A stretch of DNA of 64,000 bases, taken from positions 85,052 through 149,051 of the forward strand of contig JALDTO010000215.1 in NCBI GenBank assembly GCA_023515725.1, read 5' to 3'. Made by a program: the position numbers and the translations under genes. Below, piece after piece: positions 1-14,628 of this stretch; the stretch's first letter is position 1, and every line of letters begins with the position of its first letter. The notes beneath the pieces are model-generated. The model did not search any database and was not told the origin of the DNA. It was given only the letters and a program-made list of their open reading frames with translations. Origin of the DNA: Amoeboaphelidium protococcarum X5 (lineage: Eukaryota; Fungi; Aphelidiomycota).

Positions 1-534
1 GATAATACTGATTGGCTTGGAATTAGGCGCGTAATTCTGGACTAGTTTGCTTGTCTGAGTGGATTAAAACAAATCAATGCTCTTGTAATTGGAGCCGGTG
101 GTACTGCAAAAGCTGCCTGTTATGCTCTCAATAATTTGGGAGTGCACGCGGATGTAAAGTTGCATGTTTATAACAGAACTTAAAGTAAAGCATAGATTTT
201 GGCTGATAAGTTTCAAGGATCTGCATTTTCAGTTGATAGTAAAAAGGCCTCTATTCAGTTTTAGATTGTTGTGGGTACTGTCCCAGGCGATGCTCAATAG
301 AATGTTGATTAATCAATTTAAAGCAATCTATTCAGCGAGAATGGTGGTATCTATGTAGAATTGGCGTACAAGCCTCGAAAAACTTATTTTATGGAACAAG
401 CTGCCAGTAAAGGTTGGAAGACAGTTGAGGGTCTTGAGATATTGATGGAATAAGGATTTGAGTAGTTTAGTCGATGGACTGGTCTCAGAGCTCCTAAAAC
501 TGTCATGAGACAAGCCGTTAGAAATCATTAATGA
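1..534 (+). CDS. ARO1: Shikimate dehydrogenase domain, most likely the C-terminus of the pentafunctional AROM protein (5' truncated by window)
   Basis: Frame 1 with TAR=Gln: DNTDWLGI...ALVIGAGGTAKAACYAL...ELAYKP...GLEILME(TAA)GFE(TAG)FSRWTG; ends TAA-TGA at 529-534. Confidence 0.85.
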
Positions 535-708
535 ATTAAAGATGAATTTACAGATTTAATACCATAAATCACTTCAGCTTATTCAGTCGTTAGAATCTTT
601 CGCTCATTGTTCGGCATTTGATCTTATCGATTTTCATCTTCGGCTTTAAATTGCCTTCTCTTACTGTCCAATTACCAAAAGTTAGTTTAATATCAAAAGT
701 AAACAATT

Positions 709-1956
709 ATGTCGTAGGAAAATCATTTGGAGACTATTGCAAAAAGTGTGGAGCACATGAAGGTGGCTAGTAATTAGCCTGTGAACAATGCTGCAGACGG
801 TATGTCTTTTGAAGAGAAGATGGACTTGATCACCCGCAATCTGCAGGAAGTCCTGGGCCGCGATCAAATTGAGGCTGTGGTGAGGGAACGTTCGCTGAAG
901 ATGTATTGGGGAACAGCTACTACGGGAAAGCCTCATATTGGATATTTAGTACCTCTGAGTAAACTCGCCGACTTTCTACATGCTGGCTGTGTGGTCAAGA
1001 TTTTGCTGGCCGATCTGCACGCGTATCTGGACAATCAAAAGGCGCCATGGGAGTTGCTCACCTACAGAATCAAGTATTATCGCGCTCTGATTGAAAAGAC
1101 TTTATTAGCTCTTGGTGTACCTATTGATTAGTTGCAATTTGTTGTGGGAACCTCGTTTTAGCTGAGCGAGAAGTACACGCTGGACAGTTATCGATTGGCG
1201 TCAGTAGTGACTGAGCATGATGCGCGTAAAGCCGGCTCTGAGGTTGTGAAGAATGTCGAACATCCGCTTCTTAGTGGCCTCATTTATCCAGGATTGCAAG
1301 CACTGGATGAAGAGTATCTGGATGTGGACGCCCAGTTTGGAGGCACGGATTAGCGAAAGATCTTTACCTATGCCGAGAAGTATCTACCCGTGCTGGGCTA
1401 TAAGAAGCGAGCGCATCTGATGAACTTTATGGTTCCCGGACTGATGGGCTCCAAGATGAGTTCATCTGATGTTGATAGCAAGATCGACTTATTGGATGAT
1501 GCCAAGACAGTGGAAAAGAAGATCAAGAAGGCGTTCTGTGAGGAGGGTAATGTCGAAGATAATGGCCTGCTTTCATTTGCCAAGTTTGTGCTATTCCCGC
1601 TGTACTCTCTGCAGAAGAAGACTGAGGGTCTAGTTATTACGAGAAAGGCAGAGTGGGGAGGTGATTTGCAATTTGGCACGTATCAAGAGCTTCATGACCA
1701 GTTTGCTAGCAAGTAACTGCACCCAGCTGATTTGAAGAAAGGTATCGCTGATGCAATCAATAGCCTTCTGACTCCAATACGCGAAATGTGGAATGCTGAT
1801 CCTGAGCTGGTGAAGCTGACCGAGTTGGCTTATCCTCCACCTCCACCGCCTGTGAAGGCTGAGAAGGTATCCAAGAAGCAGTAGAAGAAGTAACAGTCAG
1901 CTTAAAAGGCTTCTGTGCAAATATCAGACGCGTCCGCCTAGTAAGACACTGCTTGA
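709..1956 (+). CDS. TYS1: Cytosolic tyrosyl-tRNA synthetase
   Basis: [36 protein letters not shown](TAG)RKIF and KMSSS motifs in one frame from ATG 709 to TGA 1954-1956. Confidence 0.97.
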
Positions 1957-2863
1957 TGTATAACTAATATAGTCAGGCTTCATAATAACTGTTTTGCTTC
2001 CTTTATTATATTTTAGTGTTACTATTAGATGTACAGTGCTATACGCGATCACCTGCTCGATTTGAATCTGACAATCTCCCATCAGAATATTCAATGCAGT
2101 TACTGTATAGAGACACATGTATTGCAACAATGAAATACTTTACCGACTGATAAATGTACACACAAAGTTAGACAAGGCACAAACATATAGTTCCATATTA
2201 AAAAGTCAATGACACGCATCTAAAGATGGAGTGTATAGGTTGCCGCAGTCTTAAGACTAATAATCACGCTATTGATCAAGCCCCTTAATGAGCGACAGAC
2301 AGACAGGACTGGACGCGTTGAGATTGAGAGATGTCGCCTCCATCGGATCAACCTCCGACATTTTCTCTCCGCTCCGAAAAAAACTAGTATAAACATCTCT
2401 TGGTAGATAAGAAGATCCATTCGATTGCACAAAGACATACTTACAACGTAATCAAATACGCACAGTTTATTTTTATCGCTGCTACTGCAACACTAGTCTA
2501 TTGTGTCTGCCGCTGAATACTCTATAGCATTGTTATTTTATCAATTATTGTCTGATAGGAGTTTATTTGTATACCATCTCCTGCAATCTACCTACCCAGT
2601 AACTAATATTGTGAAGAAGAGATTTCTGTTTTTTGATCAAGATTTTGTGCATCTCATTCTTATTAGCAAATATTTGGATTGTACAAGTATTATTATCTGA
2701 TACAATTGAATCTCTGCTGGTATTACATATTTATACTTTGTCTTTATTTACTGGAACAAGATTAACTCCCCAGGTTTAGATTGTATTATTATACATATTT
2801 TATACCGTCTACTCCGCTTATACATAGTAAGTTATATATTATACAAAGTCAGATTAACTGAAG

Positions 2864-3775
2864 ATGCCTACCACTAGAAGTGGGAAACAGAGCAATGGTG
2901 ACCTGCCTAAGGATGCTCCGCTGAGTAAAAAGAAGACGACTGCCGAGATTGTGGATCTTGACCATAAATCGACTAATTATTTCCTATTTACAGACATGAC
3001 ACCGAATAGCTCTGTGCTCTGGGTGAGTCCATCGGTCACTGATCTGACTGGATTCACACAAGAAGAGATGATTGGGAAGAGTTCATATGCCTTCTTCCAT
3101 CCGGATGAGATTGAGGCTATACAGCGAAATCATGTGGTCAATCTATCCGAGTCTGTTATTGCGCGTATAATGACTGTGCGTTTTTTGAATAAGAGTCCAG
3201 ATGGGCAGCTGTTTTATCGTAAAATGGATTTTCTCATAAACACATGCTATGACTGCTGTGTAGTTGTCGGTGCACATCATGAGTTTAATGCCAACAGTAT
3301 ATCGTTCCGGTAATCGGCAGAGGATATTGTCAAGATTGGTCCGCAGGGATTGATTGAGGTTGAGAACTGGTCCACTAGGAAGACTGTGATTATGTAGATG
3401 CTTTCTGACACTCTGACGTGGGAAAATCAGGCAGATTCTTTAAAAGAGCCTCGTGTCTGCCTCATACTGAATAGATACACGTACAAGGCCACGATAATGT
3501 TTGCCAGCATGGGATCACAGGAAGTGCTTGAACACTCTGACTAGGAGCTGATTGGATAGAGTTTCTTTGACTTTATTATAAACACGCCAAGTGATGAGTC
3601 TCATGGTATCAGTACACTTGAACGTGTGAGACATGATGTGGATTACGTAAAGAGTTGTTACAACGTGAATCATTTGAGTTTTGATTGGCAGTCTTCCCCC
3701 TCTCCTGTGCATTGTGAAGCTGTTATGACTGCCACATGGGATGGCATAGTCTGTGTTATAAGGCGCAAAACGTGA
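2864..3775 (+). CDS. Tandem PAS-domain protein
   Basis: PAS-like WVSPSVTDLTGFTQEEMIGKSSYAFFHPDE; second repeat EPRVCLILNRYT...IMFAS...ELIGQSFFDFI...VHCEAVMTATWDGIVCVIRR; TGA 3773-3775. Confidence 0.85.
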
Positions 3776-3841
3776 ATTTTAGTTTGTAATAATAGAACAT
3801 ACCGTAACTATTCATTCAGAATATTCGATGAAATTTCGGCT

Positions 3842-4333
3842 TCATTTGCTTAGCCCTATAGCTGGGAACGGTGTTCCATGTAGTGGCTTCCACTTAAAGG
3901 TACGCGGACGCCTCCTCTTACCTGAGATTAACGCGCCGCAGTCTTCGCCTTATTTTTGACAGTCTTTCCGTGTCAATCCTACCGAGTCAACAAACAAATC
4001 GTCTTGTTTTTTAATGACCGACGGTTCCTCTCCCTGATTCCGGTTGGTTATTGAGGATGAGATGGAGCAGAGTGGTCGTTTAACCTGCGCTATGGATTCA
4101 CATAATGTGAAGCTTAAAATTTTACTTTGGGCACCGCTGACTTTGCTAATGATTCGCTGGAACCACTGTAAATGTGGCAGGCGAACTAGCGAAAACAGAT
4201 CACCATAGAGAGGGTCCGTCGGATTAACTGCCAATTTTAATGATTCTGTTTAAAATGAAAGGGAAGCTCTATACGCCAAATATAGAAATTATTGGCCCTA
4301 AATATTATCTGGCTGGTTTTACGGTGTAGACAT
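3842..4333 (-). CDS. Hypothetical protein (163 aa; 5' end uncertain)
   Basis: Open under code 6 from ATG 4333 to TGA 3844-3842, convergent on the PAS gene with a 66-bp gap; basic C-terminus KRRRPRTFKW; no family recognised. Confidence 0.4.
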
Positions 4334-4942
4334 TGCAAGTCTGCGTCTACTATTATATGTGGAACTTGTCGCTGTGTTTCGATGCTCGTCAATGCACGCT
4401 TAATCAGTGTCGCTGCGATTAGTCAGTCACTTTGATGAGTGTCTGAAGCCATTTTATCAAATTCTCTCCTGCTTCTTGTGAGATTGAGTTTATAGAATAG
4501 AAGGTTATAGATATAGATGGTAACGCTTGAATGATGATGATTTAAGTTAACAGCGTTGATCTTCACTGGCTCAGCACATTATGGTGCTGTGTTGTGTTGT
4601 GTGCTTGAGCATGTGATTGTCTAGATTTCTGGCTCATAGCTGCGAGTGATGATTGTTTTAATTCACATGCCTGCAAAGTTGAGATACTTTCCACCAGAGT
4701 GCCTCTATTCGCAGGTTGTACTTTACTGCCCTTATCGATCAGGTCAATGCTTTGGTTTGTCAACTAGTTTTATGATGCTGATGTATTTAAATACTGCTGA
4801 TATTTATTTAAATTAAATGCCCATGAGCAAATAGATTCTATTTAACAAATCCTTAAGTCAAAATCTTAACAACTCTTACTTTCTCTCGCATGATGTACAA
4901 TTTGTGCAAATCTATTTAATCAGACTACAAGAAGGCTATAAA

Positions 4943-7513
4943 TCAAAGACGATCTCTACGTTCTAATCTAGGCGTAAATTCTCTTTCACTATGACTGACA
5001 TCAAAAGGTGATACTGCTCTGTTAGATTTCTTGGATCCACTATTATCAGATCCATCATCGCCGCCATTGCCGCTATCCATTTACACCATCTCCACGTCCA
5101 CATCCGAGCCATTATCCTCCCTAATCTCAAATGGGAGCGGAATCTCCTTGATGGCTCTAAACTGACCGCAGTTGTTCAAGTGCTCATTCTCCATTCGGAA
5201 GAAATTCCACTGGAATCTTCTCAAAATTTCCATTAAGGCCAATGCATAAAGCAGAGCTCTAATATCAATACTCTATCCCCATAGACCGACAGATACCTGC
5301 CACACCCACGATATCCTGAGAAAGAAATTACTCACAATCGCAAAATAATACACCCACTTATGCTCGTAAAACAGATCATTTCGCAAGTACTTGTTCTTTG
5401 ATCCCTTGGCAAAGAAACCCCAATCCATCAGAATGTCCCAATTGTAAGCGTAACACGTCGTGAGAATGGTAGAAATGATCCATATAGTCAGAGTGGCTGT
5501 GGTCCTATTCTGATTATAAATCATAGAGAGCCATCCAGTGAGCATCGCGACAAAATACTTGCCTCCATTGACAAGATGAGGAAACGCTAGACGGGTATCA
5601 TACCAACGACGCAGACACTATAAAAATCTAATCCATGACGGAAGGAGATTGATGGCCGGAGAGAACGCAGCTGCACCGATATTACACACTTTGGCAGTAT
5701 CATTAAAATCATTAATGTAAACACAGACGAATAGCTATATACTAGATAGGAAATAAACCATAGAACACAGTTCATCAGCGATAAAGAAATCTCTATACTC
5801 CACAGCATACGTGGGGGACACCAGCAATCGGAATAATGTCTGCAACATCCATCTACGAGAAGTCCAATAAAACAAAGGTACCGGGGTGACAAGAAGTACG
5901 ACAACTACGCATAGAAATATCAAAGGATAGTACAACCTGATATCAAAGAAGGATTCGAATGGATTCGCAAAGGTGAGATAGACAAAATAACTCCACACCA
6001 TGAACAGGAAAGCTCCAAACTCGGTAAACTAATGATAATCTAGATTATCTCGCGGATCCAATTCAAAGATAAATTTGTAATTAATATTAGCCATTGTCCA
6101 GCCATACTGATTAATAGCAAACAAGAACATGAATATAATCGGTATACTAAACCCGGCATAAATTTGAACGAGATCTGATGTCTCTGGAAATCTCTAGCGA
6201 TAGTCAAGATCAATCAGCTGCGCAAAAGTCCTAACCAGCACAGGAATAGAGAGTCCGATGTAAAGACCAATCCTCCACATGGTGCTATGATGAGTCTTCT
6301 ACTTGTAATTAGGGAGCCGCAACTGCTACCTTGCCTCCTTCTTATTACCGCCAGCGAAAAACTTGAGAAATAACTACTCTGTCTGAGATAGAAATCCATC
6401 AATAACATTGGAAGTATGAAAGTATTTCGCATCGACTTTGTGCATGTACAACGCCTAACTCTTCCATCCGGCAGTCTTGTCAAACTTTTTCAAAATCTTC
6501 ACGAATCCAGTGTAATTTAGAATCTGGAAATTCTTCAACAATTCAAGATAGCGATAATACTCCATCAGAGCATTTCTTAACTAAGCTTTAGCATTTTTAG
6601 ACGATTTAAATGCGCGCTTATAATTCAAAGAGAAGGCACCAGAGCGAATAGTCATCAGATTCTACTCTTCATTATCAGCTGCCGATTATGCACCTCCAGC
6701 TCCGCCTTGGGTATTATTATTACTATTATCTTCGGCCGATCCTGCTACATAACCTGACTTTTACAGCTGCTTCTTCTTTACGACTTCCTCCTCGTAAATT
6801 GCACATTAATTCTAAAGCGTCTCCAACTTTTGTCGACAGTCATTCTCTCTCTGGACATAGAAATCATTAATCTTCTCCAATTCTTCATCCAAAAACTAAA
6901 AAAACTTGCGCTCCTATTCACTTTTAGTAGCCAGAATTGATTATAAAGTTTCCGCCTCATCCATGGGCTTAACTCCAAGAGGAGATACAACATTGGTTTA
7001 ATATTAAGAGCGACTGCGTCCACGGGCTCTATCGATAAAATTTCTAATTGACGGTGAATATCTCAGTTTAGATGGAGAAGGTGCCTATTGTTATTACTAC
7101 AGATTTTCCTTTGTAGACTTGCTCTTGATAGTATCCTTTGTGTCCACAGTTAATTGCTTTTGACTTCCTCCATCCACAGCTAAAGGATCGGACTTTGCAG
7201 CGGACACCGCATTCAGGTACTTTTCACTAAAATCACTTTTCAAACTATCAGACCTGGATGGCAAATTCTAGTTACTCGAGGATTATTGCTATAATTTATC
7301 ACCACTTCCAAGAAATGGAGATGGTAATCTAGTGAAAAATATTGAATTTTGCCTCTGCAGCCCAGACGTAGAAGATTGAGACGACTCCCTCTATGCCCTC
7401 TCCATGGCAATTTTCTCAATAACCTTGAGCAGCTTCTTCATATATTTGTAATTAATGTACTTTCGCCTCCATTCAGGCACACTTTCTGCCGCCAAATATT
7501 TAGCGAATTTCAT
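4943..7513 (-). CDS. SYG1: SPX-EXS phosphate exporter (Syg1/XPR1/PHO1 family)
   Basis: N-terminal [30 protein letters not shown]; [15 protein letters not shown]; EXS motifs [42 protein letters not shown]; single frame. Confidence 0.95.
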
Positions 7514-7798
7514 ACTAATAATATTTACTGAAAATTGCAGAGTGATTACAATGAGAAGGGGAAAAAAGAAAAATTGTCTTGATCAGATTCATTCCTTCTT
7601 ACTTTTCTTTCACATGATCCGTAAACTTGGTGTAACGTTCCAGTTGCTTGCTCTGTAAAATCGTCGTTTCAGGTTTGATTCGATTCGGCCGATTTAAAAA
7701 TATCGAACGACTACAATGGTCATTTCATAAAGCAAAAGCATTTTTTTCGTTTCAAGTTATTTCCTTTAGTATTGCGATTATAGTCACAGTGATGCTCA

Positions 7799-9550
7799 TC
7801 ATAGAGAACATGGATGCATTCTCCATTGTTGTCTTAATGAGCGTTTGTTGATGGTCTATGCAACAACTTTATCAGAGTCTGTAGATGCCAGAGCATACGC
7901 GCCAACCATGGACTCAAATATGACAGTGTCATTCTATGATTCATGCATGATCCATCTTTGATTGTTATTATCAATTGCCTTCTTCTCATAGCAAATCACG
8001 TCAAATTTAAACTTGTATACTGCCTGAAGAACAGAGAAACCACAAATGTCAAGTACTTACGACATGCTTGATTAGGCAAATAGGAATCCATCATTGAATG
8101 TCCACATTTACTCAGGTGCATTAATAAAAGGCTCTTCAACAGAAATATTGCCATTTCGCAATGTTAAAACTTTGCCATCAAATACGGAAACCAGGGTGAA
8201 CACATCACTTTTCAGAGCACTTGAATTCAATGTCGGCTGAGTGGAATGATAATCTTTCGCCGTTTCGATGGCAGGCAAGTCTTTATCAAAATGTGACGCG
8301 TTGATTTCTGTCGAGTCTTGCTCTTCATCACCACTTTCTTTATCACCACTTTCTTCATTATCACTCTCCACGTCATCACGTTCATAGTCAAGACTGTTCA
8401 AAGTCAATTGTTCAATTGATGCTTCATCCTCGGAAGCTCCATCATCAGCTTCAATTTCAGAGGATTTTGAAGCAGCTGGTTGCCCATCAGTTTACTACAA
8501 CTTTTTGCCTGATCGTGATTTCAAATGATAGACATCGCTCAATTCGCTCCACTACTTGCATTTAGAGCATTGCCATTTGATTTGGACGGTATGACTTGTT
8601 TTTGTATCCGCCTTGAATTTAATCAGTTTATCCTAAGTTTTAGCGCACATCGTGGCATCGACTTTGATTTACATATGCCCCATCTTGCTTTAGACTTATT
8701 TTGAGGCGGACCATACAATTTGAGCCTCATCAGATGATTACTTGATCCAAAATACTTTCGCAATCTTCATCTGCGGGTGCTTTTTGCATGGCCTAAGCTG
8801 AGCAACACTGTCTTGGGCTGCTTAATAATTCTTAGTCGTTACCACACCGCGTGCATCCTTATCAACCTTAATAGAATTTCCCTTCTTATCCTCCGCAGGT
8901 CTTGGATTTTACTTGCCGGATAGTTTTACTGGTGCAACATTATCTATCCTTTGCTACTTGTCACTCTTGTTGTTGGAGGTGTTATTACGTTTACTAGCAG
9001 AATTCTCTCTTGAAGCATTATTTACCGAACTACCACCTTATTGATTATTAGATGAATGACTGCTCGAAAAGATTGACACCAGGAGCATGACATGACACAA
9101 AATATCGAAAAATTTACGGTGATGCGCGTCCGTAACCATTTCATTCTCTTCATGAGCAGCTGCATTTCCGACTTTGCGTAGCTAGTCAAGAGATGCCATA
9201 ACCTGCAAATGATTATCAGGAGCATAAGGTAGAGTAGGGCCTTTGTAGAAAGTGTTCAGCGGAGACTTTTAGGTGATGCTCGCTATTCGGTCTGCAAAGG
9301 ACGCGCCTTTACAGCTCAAACCGTATCCATCCTCAATCATAGATAGACAACAGTGTACAATCTGACGCGTCTTTATCAGAGCATTTCGAAAGTCTGTCTT
9401 ATGTAAAGCGTCTACAGCTGCATGGAGAAAATCATCAATACTTTTTACCAAGCTGGCATTGGACCTCATGATCTCCGTCTCACTCATAATCTGTTGCACA
9501 AACGATTCAAGCAGTCTCTATCTTTTCACACTTATTAATCCTGAGCTCAT
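7799..9550 (-). CDS. 583-aa multidomain protein: HEPN/DUF4145-like N-terminus, CxxH...CxxC region, acidic linker, C-terminal ricin-B-type (QxW)3 domain
   Basis: Read codon by codon, no TGA between ATG 9550 and TGA 7801-7799; LRKVGNAAAH at 9181-9152; CKKH and CSKC; QMW, QRW and QQW repeats. Confidence 0.8.
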
Positions 9551-9792
9551 TGTGAATTTATTTCAGTATTACAGAATTTATTAAAGACGACACAGTTAAA
9601 CTTATGGATCAATGAAAAATAATGCTTATCGTAATATGAAGCACGTCGATTTATTAATAGCTCACTTCTCTATCAATTGAAGTTGCAATTGTAGATCAAA
9701 ATTGGAAACCAAAATTAAAATTCCAAATTGTGCATAGTAAACGGTGCACCGCAGTCACATTTAAATCGTAAACTTCATATAAAAAATGCTAA

Positions 9793-12033
9793 TCAATCAT
9801 TTAACGAAACAACATCACCTACCATTTTAATTCCCGGAGATCTCTTGCCTTATTGCTCAGACTTGACTTCTCGATACAAAAGTCTGGAACCTACTTTTAC
9901 GTATTCCGGCCACCGTACAAATCTGAATTTGATATTGTACCTCTTCCCTGTGAGTAAATTGACTTGCTTGACTATAACAGGAACATCAGACGCGTCAATA
10001 TCAGCATTAGTGGGAGTCACATCTTTCTCGAGGGGAACAACATCAACAATCACAGCAGGCTAATGGATGGTGCCAATGTAAATGTGACCCCATCGCGGTT
10101 TTCTCAATCTCTCTGGACTTTTGCGACCGTTGTGCTGATCATCTCCGCCGCCATGTCCAGTGCTACTGCTGCTCTTTCGCTTCCTGCTAAATTCATCCAA
10201 CACTGCCTGTAATCCATCAGGGGAGCAATTGACATTAGCCGTGCATCCCGTGGCAGCGTAAAGAACACATACGTCAGCTTCAAAGTATAGACTAGATTTT
10301 AACTAGGAATTACTAGTGATAACCATACCCCGCCGGAGAGCGGTATTCTGACCAAGACTTGCCAAAGCTAAAGTTGCAACTTGTCCAGCACGGATAGCTT
10401 TCACTGGTCGCCTCTGCCTATGAATTGACGTTATACCAACAGGTATGAACTTACCACCTTACTCATCGATTGGCCCAACATACAGCTAGTTTTACGCATT
10501 AGTGATAGTATCGGCAGCATTCTTATCATCTGCATTAGTATCAACACTAATAGTATGCAATTAATTGATGATCTGCCCACTTTCCATCCTACCGCCTACG
10601 ACAATACCAACATTAGGAACATTGAAGATATCTTCAATCACAAATTCGATATCAGCATCAAGCAGAGACTAATACTCGTCAGACAGAGCTTCAGTTGTGT
10701 GCAGAATCTACTAATGATCTTTACTTGGCAACAGGTAAAGGAATCTCTCAAGTAATTCCATATTATCACCAGTTACAGAAGATGTCAGAAATATGGGAAC
10801 AGATTGATTAGCGGCAAACACTTTTGCGCATTAAGCCACATCCTCCATGTTCTTCACAATCTTTGGAAGCCGCCTAGTGCCTGGCAGCATCAGCAATTCT
10901 ATTAAAGACTGAATGGTGGACTTTAAGACGGCACTATCAACCACCATGTCCATTTTACTTACCACTATGAAAATAGGAACATTTAGAACCAGCGAAAGGC
11001 CAAGCAATTCTTTAGTGGTAGAATCAATAAAACCACTAGATCCATCTACCAATACACACGCATAATCAGGATTATAAGATGTCAGCCCTTATATGGTGGT
11101 CTGAAGATACTTTGGGTGGCCACAGGTGTCTAGCATCATCACAATCTTGCTAGCCAAATCGACAATCTGCCCCTCACACCAGTCTCCCAATCCCTTATTA
11201 CGGTCTGCATCATTGAGTGGATCTCCATCCTGGAACGCGCCAACATTTCCCATAGTCGCCCCATAATTTAATAACTCCCCATGATCACTAAATCCAATTA
11301 TAGAATGCGATATAGATGACGATCTGCCACTTTCAATCTCATGTCGATGCCGGAGTAAATTTAGTCTAGCCTTTCCACTACCATTGTCCAATTCCCCATG
11401 TGACAGATATCCCAGCAGTGTAGATTTACCGCAATTGGTATTGCCTAAAAATGCAATTCTAATCTCTTGGAAGTTCTATTCATTCCTAATGGATTTGATT
11501 GTGACTTCAGCAACATAGAATTTAGTATCATCGTTATTGTTATCACCTTTACTACTTTAAAAAGCACCAAATTCACTATTTACAGAGAATTCATCTCCAT
11601 TTTTATCCACCATCAGTTAGCTGTTACTAACCTTTTTACCAGTGGAAGGTGTAGATTTACTCTATCGACTCTTATACTCAAAGTAATCAAATCTTTAATC
11701 AAGAGCCATTCTTCTAAATTCTACTGGAACCTACTTGCGATTAATATCAGCAACCTCTGCACCAACCTCTTTCGCCATAACACGCAATCGCTCCAAAGAA
11801 TGCTCCATTTCATCATGACTAAGTCCAACCAGCCTGCCATTGTCTTGTACTCCGAGTTCATAATACGCCACTCCATGTCCCTCAGACATGCGCCATTTCA
11901 TCTATGTACACAATGAATGAAACCGATCCTCTCTGACGTCATTATTGAGCATCATTTTGTACTCAACATTACCCTCCTCAATCTCCTGTGGCAAGTTGAC
12001 TCCCTTGGCCAGACTATATTCTAGTAACGACAT
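9793..12033 (-). CDS. GTPBP1/GTPBP2-family translational GTPase
   Basis: LPQEIEEGNVEYK N-terminus; P-loop GNTNCGKSTL; LDNGSGKARLNLLRHRHEIESGRSSS; DTCGHPKYLQTT; SKMD. Confidence 0.92.
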
Positions 12034-12710
12034 TCAGTGCTAGCTTGATAGAGATGATATTTACGATAATAACAATTTTCAACAAATGATAACAATACAA
12101 CAAGAACAATCAATTTATCAGAAGAAATAAAAAGGAATGAAACTTGAAAAATATTCTCTTAACAATGCTCCGATGAAGGAAGAAGATTGGCGAGTGGGAG
12201 GAAGGAATCCGATTAAGATGCAGATCCGTTGAGAACAAGATCGAATTGCGTCACCTGACAACCACTCATTCACTCATTCGGCATTAGACTAAATATGCAT
12301 TGTCATGACGCGTGTACTTTAGATAGTTGAAATGTTTCAATCCCTACACTCGAATATAACGAGTGTATTTTCATTCTCTTCATCTCTTTATCATCGTGTC
12401 AGAAAAAGATATCAATAGTCAGCTGAGTAAACGTTTCACTTTTAATACATATTAGGTAACTAATCTCAGATAAAACAATCAACGTATTTCAATACAACTA
12501 GGAGTAATTATTCAAAAAAGCTATCTGTAAGATATATTAGGAGATGCTTTAATTGCAACGCATTTGATAATATCTCTGTCTTAACCAGTTAAAGCGAAGT
12601 ACTACTGTTTTCAAGGTTTTGTTCTTCTCAGCTGGAATCTTTCCGCTCAATAACTTTCTTATTCGAGCCGTTTATTACACGCGGTAGTTAATATTAACAT
12701 CAATAGTACA

Positions 12711-13963
12711 ATGTCTAGCAAATAATCAAAGTATTTTTATTACATGATAGTTATGACTTTTATTTATATCATTTAATGTAATGCTGTAGGAAAGGATAAG
12801 AGTTTCTGTGCAAGGTTCGATACAAGAATTAGCTGCCTCTGCTCCCAATGCCTCCAAAGATGCTCTCGCTCCAGAATCCTAATGAGGCTCTGGAGATGAT
12901 GCAGTATGTTTAGTCTGATTATTACAAGAAATAGCCTATAGAACCACTTGCAGCAATGACACTTGGTCTGGGTATAGATTTTGTAGATTTACAATCGTTG
13001 ACTATCGCCGATAATGATAGTGACCACCTGGCGTAGACTAATGGATCTGTAAATAGCTTGCCGCGTACTCATACTGTGGATGAATAAGATCTGGCCATTC
13101 TTGAGCCTTTTAAAAGCCGCAAAGTTGTCAATGAAGAAGATTCATTAGATGCAAAGAATGGCGGTAAGAGACCAGTTGTATCTTGGCTCCGAAGAACAGA
13201 GTACTTCAGTGCCGACAGCACCAAGAGTATGGGTAAGAGTGGTTTGGGTGATTTAAAGAGACACTTGAACAGATAGAGAAAATCAATTCTGGGTATGGAT
13301 TTCAGTCGTGATGGATAGATTAAGATTATCAATGATACTTTTGATGATTTGCAGCCATTAGAAGAATTAAAGCATCCGTAGGATGAATCTCTGCATGCGG
13401 TGGAAGAATATGTACTTTAGCCAGATATGGCTATGGACTCTATTGTACTCACGAACTGCATCTTTGATCAAGATCCTACGCCACCGACTTCTCTGTATCC
13501 TAATGTAATTTAAGATGGACCTAGATTTCTTAAACCTCTATCTAATCCCGATAATCCTAATGATTAGTTTATGATCTTCTTTTGCTCTGTGCCTGTGGAG
13601 AATATTAATTCAGAAGACAGTATGGACGTGGATAGTGGAAATCAATAACCGGATGGTCAATTACCGACTGATTAGGCTGTCGCTATTAGAAATTACAATT
13701 TTAGAGTTAGCAAGGAGCAAGATTAGAGTAAAATGCTGGTGAGGATATAAAAGTCTGGTCGAGTGGCCAAGTTCTCTTCAGTCTCTGCTCGCATTCAGCT
13801 ATAGAAGAGAAGAAGATAGAATGTGGATAGATTTGGCCGTACAGGTGCATCTAATATGAACGATATTCCCACTGATTTGCTCATTAATAGAATAGAATCA
13901 AGTTAAAGTGACTCCAAGGCATAAGCTGGGGATTAACTGGAGGAAGTAGATGCGTAAAAGTGA
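12711..13963 (+). CDS. PAF1: RNA polymerase II-associated factor Paf1 (intron 12731-12789)
   Basis: After removing a 59-nt GT-AG intron: MSSKQSKKGQEFLCKVRYKNQLPLLPMPPKML; VSWLRRTEYFS; TGA 13961-13963. Confidence 0.9.
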
Positions 13964-14118
13964 AAGTAAAGAATAAAATAAAGCTGCCGTTTGTATTCAT
14001 ATACTTAGTATTATTGCCAATATGGACGTTCAATAATAGTAATTATTAATCATTTTCACCCTTTATAACCATGGTTATGATGATAATAATGATGAGCAAG
14101 TGTGCGCATAAAAACGAC

Positions 14119-14628
<510 letters not shown>

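Noticed and set aside
4430-4900. Upstream extension of the 3842-4333 hypothetical gene
   Set aside because: All three minus frames contain TGAs and no convincing intron joins them.
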